This document shows positions 1 to 9,860 of a stretch of DNA of 64,000 nucleotides, one piece after another. The stretch is from assembly GCF_000143415.4 (NCBI RefSeq), contig NW_003314273.1, positions 1,952,052 to 2,016,051 of the forward strand, written 5' to 3'. A program made the translations under genes and the position numbers. The notes under the pieces are model-generated. The model did not search any database, was not told where the DNA came from, and worked only from the letters and a program-made list of their open reading frames with translations. The DNA is from Selaginella moellendorffii (taxonomy: Eukaryota > Plantae > Lycopodiophyta). How positions within the stretch are numbered: position 1 is the first letter of the stretch; each line of letters starts with the position of its first letter.

Positions 1-1839
1 GACACAGCACTCCTAGTTCTCAGGCAGCTCCCAAACACCTAAATTAGAAGTATGGTTGTGTTACGTGATAAATACCTTCTAAGGTGAGATGTGCAAAAGA
101 CCTTTTAATACCCTCTCCACATTAAAATTGCATCTTGTGAAGGCTATAAGATGGAAATAAAAAAGCTATAAACTTATGAATGTTTCATAAAATTATAAAG
201 CATTAATGGTGTTAAAGATCTTATTCCAACTTGGTATATATTATTTAGTAGTGTCAAAAAAAATTTTTAAAATGACATTTCTCTCAAATAACTATCACCA
301 TCTAAGATGATGTTCTATATAAAAGGATTTTCTAATAAAAAGAGCTAATAAACAAGGGAGTTGACAAGGATATCTTGATATACTAAAGAATATTTTATAA
401 GGTTTTAGCTGCAATATTTTATTAAAAAGGTTTTAAAAAATAATAATTTAAGTATATAATATTTTTTAGCAATATTTACTATTTGATAGAGGTTTTGTAT
501 CATCACTTAATTTAGAAAAGAAAATATTATTTTTAAACTCTATAAATTAGTATTTACACTAATTGTTTAAGTATATATTTATATTAAGCTTTTCATTATT
601 ACTATAAAGGTGATTATAAGAAATGCCCTATATTTTTTTCAGTGTAATTTATAGATAAATTTTAATTTAATTTTAAATATAATACCAATATCTTTTTTTT
701 CACCTCATATTCAAACATTATCATGAATCCAACGTTTAAAATTTTGATCCATCCTATGCAAAAGATGAAAAACATTATTTAAACATTTAAAGAATTATAT
801 GTACTTGCAACTCAGGAATTGGTTGATTATGATGTTGTAAAGCTTCTCATTTACCATATCACTTCCATAACTGAGAATTATATACTCATGATGATAATAT
901 TGTTGTTTGATGTTAATCTTTTACTTTTAACTATAATGCCTTTGAGTATGTTGTCTTCGCATCCTTTGACTAAGTATTTGTAATCTTTATATAATTGTTG
1001 TTTCTCGTTTATTAATACGAAATCAGAAAACATTTAAAGAACTTGAATTGTAATTATAAAGTTTATATATTTGTACAGGACATGGTTAAAAGAAGAATAT
1101 AACATCTAATCTACAACAAAATCTCAAAGAAACTTAAGTCCCAAGTTTTAATATGGGTTTAATCAAAGTTGTTTTGGATAAAAAGTTCTATATAGTAATG
1201 TAAATAGGTTTCTAAATAAGCTTGTATACGTTTAAGTACTACAGATCTATAGTCGGTTTAACCTATAGCAGATTGAATATTAATCTAAATCAACAACAAC
1301 TATTAGATATTAAAATATCCTAGAATTTGCAAGCATATTCTAGGATATTTTAATATCTAGGTTTTGTTCATATTTTTATTTATAATTTTCTAAACACTTT
1401 CTAGTATATTCTTGTTTATTTTACTATTAATATTAATCTTGATTTATAAATTAATTTTTTTGTTATAACTATTGATCAATTAAATTACTCAATGAATGTT
1501 ACTACTGCAAATTAATTAAGAGATAAGTATTGTCTCTCATATTTTTTATCTTTATCTCTTCACCATGGTGTGCCAGCTAAGATCCTTTCACTTCTTTTCA
1601 GGTACCATCTTTGTTTGTGTTTCATTGACATACTTTGCATCACACACTTTCCTTGCAAAGTTTACCAACAAGCTCCTGAGAAAAGATTTTCTCTCATTTT
1701 GATTAAGTTCTTCGGATCCATGAGATTAAAGCATATGCCTTCAGTCATATGTAGCGCTTTTAGTTCTCAGGCAGTTCCCAAGCACCTAAATGAAAAGCAA
1801 CCTTCCACAGTACCTATGACCATCATGCTTCGTAAGGCG

Positions 1840-2790
1840 CTCTCCAGTTACTCCAAATGAGTAGTGCAAGAAGAAGTGTGTCATCGTGACAGTGACGCCA
1901 GAGTACTTCTGAACTTGGGGTGGAAAACTTCTCGAGCGGCAGGCATGTCTCCACACTGAGCGAGCACATTCCGTCCAGATTTCTCTCCCGGATCTGCGAG
2001 TGGAGCCTCTTCTCTGCTAAGTCACCGCGTGCATTGAGCACCACCATGAAAAGTCTGAGCGTTTGGCTGCCGGTTTGCTCGTAGCACTCTAGAGCAAAGG
2101 TTGTTCTCAGCATATCCCAAGAAACGATGTTTTGCTGCTCCATGCAAAGTCTCAGAGTTTGGAGGCAGACCAGCTTCTCGTTGCATCTGATAGAAGACGT
2201 GCATGTCCCATGATGATCGTGTTCCAGGCAACCAACGTCGTGTTTCTTCGTCCTCCCGACAAATGCATTGGCTTCGATTCACAATTTGTGAGGTAGACCA
2301 ACCTATCCTGTTCTTCGTCCCATCCTCTCAAACAACCTGTGTTGCAAGCCGCAGTGTAGATACTTTCACAATTGCACTCGCTTGATTCCTGGCTTATGAT
2401 GCTCTTGACTCTGGGGAAACCTATCTGGCTGCTATGCCTTGCATCGAAGTTGAGATTTGAGCACCTGCAAGAACAGAGAGCAAAAGTAGTACGTTACCTT
2501 TTCTCAAACCTTTCGTCTCAAGCAACTTCTCTGGCCTTTCGAGGTGCACTAACGTCTGCTCGCCCGTCACCTCTAGAGGATACCTCAGTCAAATCGAAAC
2601 TTGGTAGGTTCCTGCTCTACTTTCCAGTCCATGTTCCGAGCCAGCTGCGCGATAACTTCCAAGCCTGGTGACTTCCACCAGTGGACTCTTCACCGTCCGT
2701 GAGCAAGACCCTGCTGTCTTCTTGCTCTGCAACTTCATCTCCTTGAAGATTGCTTGTACACAATCTTCCATGTGACAAGGCATGCACTGT
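1840..2790 (-). pseudogene. PLS-class PPR remnant (unit B1)
   Basis: Frameshifted PPR-like pieces such as MEQQNIVSWD, QPNAQTF and AIFKEMKLQ; paralogous to the clearer remnant at 14010-15045. Confidence 0.7.
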
Positions 2791-2796
2791 GCTGAC

Positions 2797-3573
2797 TTAC
2801 GCGTCACTGCCAGTGTTGGCAGGACACTTTGAGGAGAATCCCAGAGTGCCATTGCTGTGCGAACCACGAGTGTGAGCTTCCAGCTGTTTCTTCTCAGTCA
2901 GAGAATCGTCCACCACAACTTCGATCTGCCACCCGGGATCCTGAAAGATCGCATTCCTGCACTGCTTCCTCTGAGAGAACATCCATCGCACGAGCAAAAA
3001 GCATGCGAGCAGCACCAAGATCGCAACCAAAACCCACAGAAGAAGCTGGAGCAGCGACCACGGCGTCCTCCGAACCACTGTAACTACTGCTGCGGGTGTT
3101 GGTGTGGCCACTGCTGCGTCGTGACCCTCGCGACGATGGTGGTGGTGGTGGTGGTGGTGGTGGTGGTGGTGGTGGTGGTGATGGTGGTGGTTGTGGCGTC
3201 CTCCATGGTGGTGACCATGGTGGTGAACAACCAGAGGAGCTCCATCACCGTGATGATGATGGTACACTGCTGCTGCTGGAGCTGGATCGTGGTGGCGAGC
3301 ATCAGGCGCTGGAGCTAGATGAGCAGGGTGGCCACGAGCAGGGTGAACGAAAGCAGCTGGCGCTGGGGCTCGAACTGGAGCGTCACCTTGAAGAACTGGA
3401 GCTAAAGCTGGCACTGGCTCGTGGGCTCCTGGAGGATGGTGTCCATGGTGGTGTGGTGGATGTGCTGGAGCTAGAGCTGGAGCTCGCGGGTGTGAAGCTC
3501 GGTGATGGCCGCCATGCCAGGGCGCTGGAGCTCGGCGGGCAAGCGTTGGGGCGGCGTGAGCGCGAGAGACCAT
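2797..3573 (-). CDS. His/Pro/Ala-rich single-pass membrane protein, 258 aa, 18-His run (unit B1)
   Basis: ATG-to-TAA ORF with AP/PA repeats, poly-His, a hydrophobic segment WSLLQLLLWVLVAILVLLACFLLV and basic RWMFSQRK. The frame is kept in paralogs through in-frame indels. No family recognised. Confidence 0.6.
   Translation of the reverse strand: MVSRAHAAPTLARRAPAPWHGGHHRASHPRAPALAPAHPPHHHGHHPPGAHEPVPALAPVLQGDAPVRAPAPAAFVHPARGHPAHLAPAPDARHHDPAPAAAVYHHHHGDGAPLVVHHHGHHHGGRHNHHHHHHHHHHHHHHHHHHRREGHDAAVATPTPAAVVTVVRRTPWSLLQLLLWVLVAILVLLACFLLVRWMFSQRKQCRNAIFQDPGWQIEVVVDDSLTEKKQLEAHTRGSHSNGTLGFSSKCPANTGSDA
3136..3189. repeat. (GGT/CAC)n microsatellite encoding poly-His
   Basis: 18 triplets here; 7 at ~8544, 8 at ~33235, 16 at ~42449; hidden by the N gap in the copy at ~18.1 kb. 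Confidence 0.95.
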
Positions 3574-4027
3574 AGCTTACCTGACGAGAGAGAAAAATCC
3601 AAGCGAGAAAGATTATAACCTAACCCTTGACTTAGAAAATAGAAAATAAAGAGGTACTTTTGGCTTTGTGAAAAAAACAAGAGCTTGTGACGTTGTGGAT
3701 TGTCGGACTTGAACTGAGCATGCCAAAGAGCCCAAACCTAGATGTGAACAGCGATTTAATCTCACAATCACGAAATGCTCAATATTTCAAAAAGATAAGG
3801 CATTTTTAATTTGATGGCAACTCCTTTCCATGCTCAATTCTAATTTACTTGCAGTGAATGAAACTTTTTTACTCGTTTGCAAAAAAGTGGGAAAAAGAAA
3901 TACAAGATAAACATCTATGCATTGCTCTGTTGACAATCTCACGGTGCAACATCCATTCATAGTTCCCCTAGTCAACACCAGTAAAATCGGTCAAAACGCC
4001 TGGAACGATCCAATAATCAAACATATT

Positions 4028-4084
4028 TGGAGATGCTGGTTATTGATCCCTAAGCGAGCACTCTACCATCTGAGTTATCTCCCC
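4028..4084 (-). pseudogene. tRNA-Ala pseudogene with 16-nt internal deletion
   Basis: Reverse complement reads GGGGAGATAACTCAGATGGTAGAGTGCTCGCTTAG^GGATCAATAACCAGCATCTCCA; the 3' anticodon arm and variable loop are missing. Confidence 0.85.
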
Positions 4085-4566
4085 TTAGCAAAGAAACAAA
4101 AATGCTAAACTTTTCTCTTCACCATTCTAATACTCATCCTTGGAGATTCTGGCAGCTTTTGTTGCATTTCAAGAGCCTTTTGAGAGATGAGCTTTGGAAA
4201 GCCCACCATCTCCAGCAAGTTTCTATAGCCAAGAAGCTGCATCAGCAGGCAACCATGAAGAATGTTACTAATGCTTATAATAATAATACATATTATAGTA
4301 ATAATAATCACAAGAGGAGGAGGAAAAGGGATAGTGTTTTGCTTTGCAGTGTTATGCAAGAGGATGAGTAAAGCAATTGGTAAAACCAACACAATATAAA
4401 TCAACTGGTATGGTCTTCTGTACCAATCAAATTGTCTAAACACTAATATTAATTGGTATTTTGGTTTGCTAGTAAACATATTTAGCTACATATTTGTATA
4501 GCTAAAAGTCTTTTAAAATGAGTAACTTGTTTTTCTTACAAAAGCTCAAAATTGCAAATGTCACCT

Positions 4567-4823
4567 TCACATTCTTTCAAAATTTAAGTGCATTTGCTTT
4601 TCTGAACAAACAAATAGAGATATTGGGCATGCTTGATCAATCCAAAGAAACCAATTATTAAAAGCTTACTTGGTGATGGATTTTGTTTCAAGGTGGCCTC
4701 TCTCCATTCCTTGTAATCCAAGCATGTTGTCCTGCCTGGATCTTGTACCAAAACCAAACTAATGCCTGTGGAACTTGTAAGTTGTAACAAGCAAATCAAT
4801 GCCTTCCTACTGACCTCAAGAAT
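4567..4823 (-). pseudogene. Inverted ORC6 3' fragment (last two exons plus two introns)
   Basis: Reverse complement aligns to ~47871-48151 (DPGRTTCLDYKEW vs DPGRTTCLEYEEW). Introns are retained, so the duplication was at DNA level. Confidence 0.9.
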
Positions 4824-5830
4824 GTACAACTTAATGTAGTCCTATACAGATCTGATAATAGAGAGAGCAAAAGGAGTCATTAAAAATATTTTCAAATATT
4901 CTGGTACACGAAAGAATAATTTCTTAATGTTTTCGTGGCAATATTTTTATTAAACAGGTATTTTTAAAAATTTTAAATTTAAATAGTATTTAGATCTGAG
5001 TGGCAATATTTCTTATTTAATAGAGGTTTTACCTTCTGACCTGGTAATAGAGGTTTTACATGAAGCAATGCTTGGTTTACTTGATAGTAGTATCAATCAT
5101 TGAATAATTTGAATGAGCAATAATTATATACATATTTATAAATTATAAATCAAGATTAATATTATTGCATATCAATAGTGGAATAGAAAAGAATATACTT
5201 GAAATTTTTTTAGGAAATTTTATAAATTATAAACATGATCATAAATTATAAAAAAGATTAATCTAAATGAACAACAACCATTAGATAGTAGAATATCCTA
5301 AAATATCCAAGCATATTCAAAGTATATATAATACCACTTCAAGTTTGCTTAAGCAAACCAGTTATATATATGTATATATATAGTGTTTGGTCTCTTAAAC
5401 TTACACAAGCTTATTCACTATAAAACTTTAGACTTAAGTTTTTCCAACATTTTGTTGTAGAATATTCTTCTTTCAACCATGACCTGTACAAATATACAAA
5501 TTTCATAATTACAATTCAAGTTTCCTGATTTCGTATTTGTAGGAGAAACAATAAATATATGAAGATTACAAATACTTGGTGCAAAGACAATATACTCAAA
5601 GGCAATATAGTTAAAAAGTAAATATGAATCAAGCAACAATACCATAATCACATGTATATAGTTTTCAATTAGGAAAGTATTATTGTAAATGGGAATTTTT
5701 ACAACATTATAATCAGCCAATTTCCAAGTTGCAATTGCACATACTTATTTTAATGTTAAATTTCTAAAGTCTTTCATCCTTTGTATAGGATGGATCCAAA
5801 TGTTAAATTTTGAATTCATCTTAATGTTTG

Positions 5831-6934
5831 TGTAAGCTATAAATTTTTCTTTTCCAATTTGCCAGCTTACCTTGTTTATCCGACCAACACTACCTTGAAC
5901 TTATCTAAGTTCTCTCGCTAAAGTTCCTACTTATTGTACCAACTTCTACTTAGTTCTACTTGGTTTCAACTACTCACTGCATGAACAATAGAGTATTAGC
6001 CATTTATCCACGGATTCCCAAATCTCTCCCAATCCCCCTCCCTAGGTTAGATTGGACTTAAGGTTTGGCTACACTCCCCATAGGCACAAATAGCCAAGCA
6101 CACAAAACCTCTAAGTTCCTAACATCCCTTGGTACAACATAACTTGATTATAAGACCCTCTAAATCCTAAGTGTTAGTTGCAACACTTGCTTCGGGATGT
6201 TGGGGAAAAACACTATAGCCTAATGGCTTGGTACAAGTACCCCTACTCCCCCACTTCCATCCTAAAGGGAAAGCCCAAACCCCTAGGAAGGGCAAAGACC
6301 AATGACCCACAAAGTACTCAAGTGAGGCACTAGTCCACATGAGCCAGGAGCACTGTAATCGGTTTCCCTTTCAAGAGTGAGAGCTGCTATTAAGCACTTC
6401 CTTGGGTGGCCCCTCTGGCACCACCCGAGTCCATGTTCACTCTCACCCAGTCTCAACCTCAAGTCAGTTTAGAAGCACCACTGAAGAGTTCCTTCAAGAC
6501 TAGTTCCTAAACCTCACTATCCCTACTATACTTTTGGAAGCCCCTACAAGCCCCCCTAGGGAGAGACACACTTTGGGCTTTCACCCCACGACCTATATTA
6601 GTATTCAGTTTTGGTCTCAAACTTGATCTCAGACTCGATTTCGGACTTGACTTTGCACTTGATTTCAAACCCAACCTCGGGCTCTGTCTCGGACTCAATC
6701 TCGAACACGGTCTCAGATCTGATATTGGATCTCGGACTCGGTCTTGAACTCGGTCTCAAACTTGGTCTCGGAGTTGGTCTTGGACTCGATTTCGGACTTG
6801 GTCTTGAATTCGGTCTTAGAGTCGGTCTCAGACTCTATCTCGGACTCGGTCTCATCCGATGAACTCTTTATCATTTTAGTCCTACCTTTGGGGATCCTTT
6901 AGCCTTCGACACCTCGAGGAGTTAATTCCTTACA
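5831..6934. mobile_element. Solo LTR (1104 bp) with 5-bp TSD
   Basis: TGTAAG...CTTACA termini; GTTTG at 5826-5830 and 6935-6939; the flanks rejoin into the AT-rich spacer seen uninterrupted elsewhere. Confidence 0.85.
6610..6858. repeat. Degenerate hexamer tandem array (CTCGGA/CTCGGT/CTTGGT) inside the solo LTR
   Basis: Visible 6-nt periodicity; source of the spurious LGLGLE-type ORF 6611..6862. Confidence 0.8.
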
Positions 6935-7350
6935 GTTTGGACATAAAATGAAAAAAATAGATATTGGTATTGTATTTGAAATTAAAATAAATTTTATCTA
7001 TAAATTATATGAAAAACAGTATAGAGCATTTTTTATAATTAAGCTCAAAGGGACTTTATAGTAAATAAAAACTTAAATAATTAGTATAAATACTAATTAT
7101 TAAATTTTAAAATAATAAATTATTCTCTAAATTAGGTGATAACATATAACCTTTGCCATAAAGATTAGATAGTGGTAATTTAAACAGATATAAATATTAT
7201 TTAAATTACTAATTTTATTTAAAATACCTAATTAATAAAGTTGTTGCAACTAAAACCTTAATAGAATATTCTTTAGTATATTGTTTTGTTCTAATTGAGG
7301 TTGATGTTGGTGTTGCTCGAGTTCAAGGACAAAGGCAAGGATGTGGTTGT

Positions 7351-7406
7351 GAGCTAATTGATATACACATTTTCTGTATTCCTTTTCCATATTCCATACA
7401 CTCACA
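7351..7406 (-). mobile_element. Terminal LTR fragment of the family at 50943-51118
   Basis: Reverse complement TGTGAGTGTATGGAATATGGAAAAGGAATAC... matches TGTGAATGCATGGAATATGGAAAGGGAATAT at 50943. Confidence 0.7.
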
Positions 7407-7748
7407 TTAATAAATTATTATTTATAAGTTACACATAAAATAACAAAGGGCATTTTTTAAAGTTACGCTCAAATGGATTTTATAGCAATAATTAAAGATT
7501 TAATAATTACTATTATTAAATATTAAATTGATAATTTCTTCTATAAATTAGGTGGCAAGGCAAAACCTTTATTGATTAGGAAATATTGCCACTCATATTT
7601 AAATATTATTTAAATTACTAATTTGTTTAAACTACCTCTTTAATAGAAATATTGCCACTAAAACATTAAGAAAATATTTTTTAGTGTACCAAAATATTTT
7701 AAAAATTTATCATTTTGTTGACCTAGCTCTCTCTATTGGCAGATCTGT

Positions 7749-7870
7749 CCTAGTAAGCTTTTAATAATTAATTTCTTTGAATTGATCAAGCGTGACCAAT
7801 ATCTCTATTTGTTTGTTCAGGGGATATGAGAGACCAAAAGCAAATGTGCTTAAACTTTCAAAGAATGTGA
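7749..7870 (+). pseudogene. ORC6 last intron and last exon fragment (unit B')
   Basis: CCTAGTAAGCTTT...GTTCAGGGGATATGAGAGACCAAAAGCAA...TGTGA matches ~48030-48151. Confidence 0.8.
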
Positions 7871-8164
7871 ATATGACATTTCCAATTTTGAAATTTTGTA
7901 AGAAAAAAAGTTACTCTTTTTAAAACACTTTTAGCTATACAATTATGTAGCTAAATATGTTTACTAACAAACCAAAATACCAAATAATATTAGTGTTGCT
8001 AACAATTATAATAATAATACATAATATGGTAATAATATTCACAGTTCCAGGCGTTTTGACCGGATTTACTGGTGTTGACCTCTGGGGGAGCTATGGATGG
8101 ATGTTGCACCATGAGACTATCAAAACAGCAGTGGATAGATATTTATCTTTTTCCCACCCTGGCA

Positions 8165-8903
8165 TGCGCCCTGGCATGAAGGCCATCACTGAGCTCCACA
8201 CCCGCGAGGTCCAGCTCTAGCTCCAGCACCACACCACCATGGACACCATCCTCGGGAAGGCCACGAGCCAGTGCCAGCTTTAGCTCCCGTTCTTCAAGGT
8301 GACGCTCGAATCTGCTCGTCCAGATGTATGGCAAATGCGGCAGCGTCGATGACGCCCAGCGCCAGCTGCTTTCGTTCACCCTGCTCACGGCCACCCTGCT
8401 CATCTAGCTCCAGCGCTGGTATCCTTGATCATGCTCGCCACCACAATCCAGCTCCAGCAGCAGCAGTGTACCATCATCATCACGGTGATGGAGCTCCTCT
8501 GGTTGTTCACCACCATGGTCACCACCATGGAGGACGCCACAACCACCACCACCACCACCACCACTGTCGCGAGGGTCACGACGCAGCAGTGGCCACACCA
8601 ACACCCGCAGCAGTAGTTACAGTGGTTTGGAGGACGCCGTGGTCGCTGCTCCAGCTTCTTCTGTGGGTTTTGGTTGCGATCTTGGTGCTGCTCGCATGCT
8701 TTTTGCTCGTGCGATGGATGTTCTCTCGGAGGAAGCAGCACAGTAATGCGATCTTTCAGGATCCCGGGTGGCAGATCGAAGTTGTGGTGGACGATTCTCT
8801 GACAGAGAAGAAACAGCTGGAAGCTCACACTCGTGGTTCGCACAGCAATGGCACTCTGGGATTCTCCTCAAAGTGTCCTGCCAACACTGGCAGTGACGCG
8901 TAA
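8165..8903 (+). pseudogene. 5'-truncated His-rich membrane protein copy (unit B')
   Basis: Lacks the ATG and has CGA>TGA at ~8190; carries +37 and +11 nt indels; TM segment and tail intact (ORF 8271..8903). Confidence 0.7.
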
Positions 8904-8909
8904 GTCAGC

Positions 8910-9860
8910 ACAGTGCATGCCTTGTCACATGGAAGATTGTGTACAGGCAATCTTCAAGGAGATGAAGTTGCAGAGCAAGAAGACAGCAGGGTCTTGCTCA
9001 CGGACGGTGAAGATCACATACAAGGGTCCACTGGTGGAAGTCACCAGACTTGGAAGTTATCGCGCAGCTGGCTCGGAACATGGACTGGAAAGTAGAGCAG
9101 GAACCTACCAAGTTTCGATTTGACTGAGCTATCCTCTAGAGGTGAGGGGCGAGCAGACGTTAGTGCACCTCGAAAGGCCAGAGAAGTTGCTTGAGACGAA
9201 AGGTTTGAGAAAAGGTAGCGTACTACTTTTGCTCTCTGTTCTTGCAGGCGCTCAAATCTCAACTTCGATGCAAGGCATAGCAGCCAGATAAGGTTCTCAA
9301 GAGTCAAGAGCATCATAAGCCGGGAATCAAGCGAGTGCAATTGTGAAAGTATCTACACTGCGGCTTGCAACACAGGTTGTTTGAGAGGATGGGACGAAGA
9401 ACAGGATAGGTTGGTCTACCTCACAAATTGTGAATCGAAGCCAATGCATTTGTCGGGAGGACGAAGAAACACGACGTTGGTTGCCTGGAACACGATCATC
9501 ATGGGACATGCACGTCTTCTATCAGATGCAACAAGAAGCTGGTCTGCCTCCAAACTCTGAGACTTTGCATGGAGCAGCAAAACATCGTTTCTTGGGATAT
9601 GCTGAGAACAACCTTTGCTCTAGAGTGCTACGAGCAAACCGGCAGCCAAACGCTCAGACTTTTCATGGTGGTGCTCAATGCACGCGGTGACTTAGCAGAG
9701 AAGAGGCTCCACTCGCAGATCCGGGAGAGAAATCTGGACGGAATGTGCTCGCTCAGTGTGGAGACATGCCTGCCGCTCGAGAAGTTTTCCACCCCAAGTT
9801 CAGAAGTACTCTGGCGTCACTGTCACGATGACACACTTCTTCTTGCACTACTCATTTGGA
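8910..9860 (+). pseudogene. PLS-class PPR remnant (unit B')
   Basis: Mirror copy of 1840-2790. Confidence 0.7.

Noticed and set aside
3096-3575. Antisense Gly/Leu/Glu-rich ORF and the poly-Val and poly-Thr ORFs (also in paralogs)
   Set aside because: Alternative-frame shadows of the GC-rich His gene and its microsatellite, mostly with non-ATG starts and no coherent domain.
4028-4084. tRNA-derived SINE
   Set aside because: No A tail or TSD; flanks on both sides are collinear with the genomic tRNA locus, so this is segmental duplication.
4102-4479. Conserved 89-aa and 124-aa ORFs recurring in B units
   Set aside because: Identity reflects recent duplication. They lie in ORC6-downstream DNA, are low complexity and are not kept in A units.
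6611-6862. LGLGLE-repeat ORF or CRISPR-like periodicity
   Set aside because: Hexamer tandem repeat inside a solo LTR, with no unique spacers, in a eukaryotic context.
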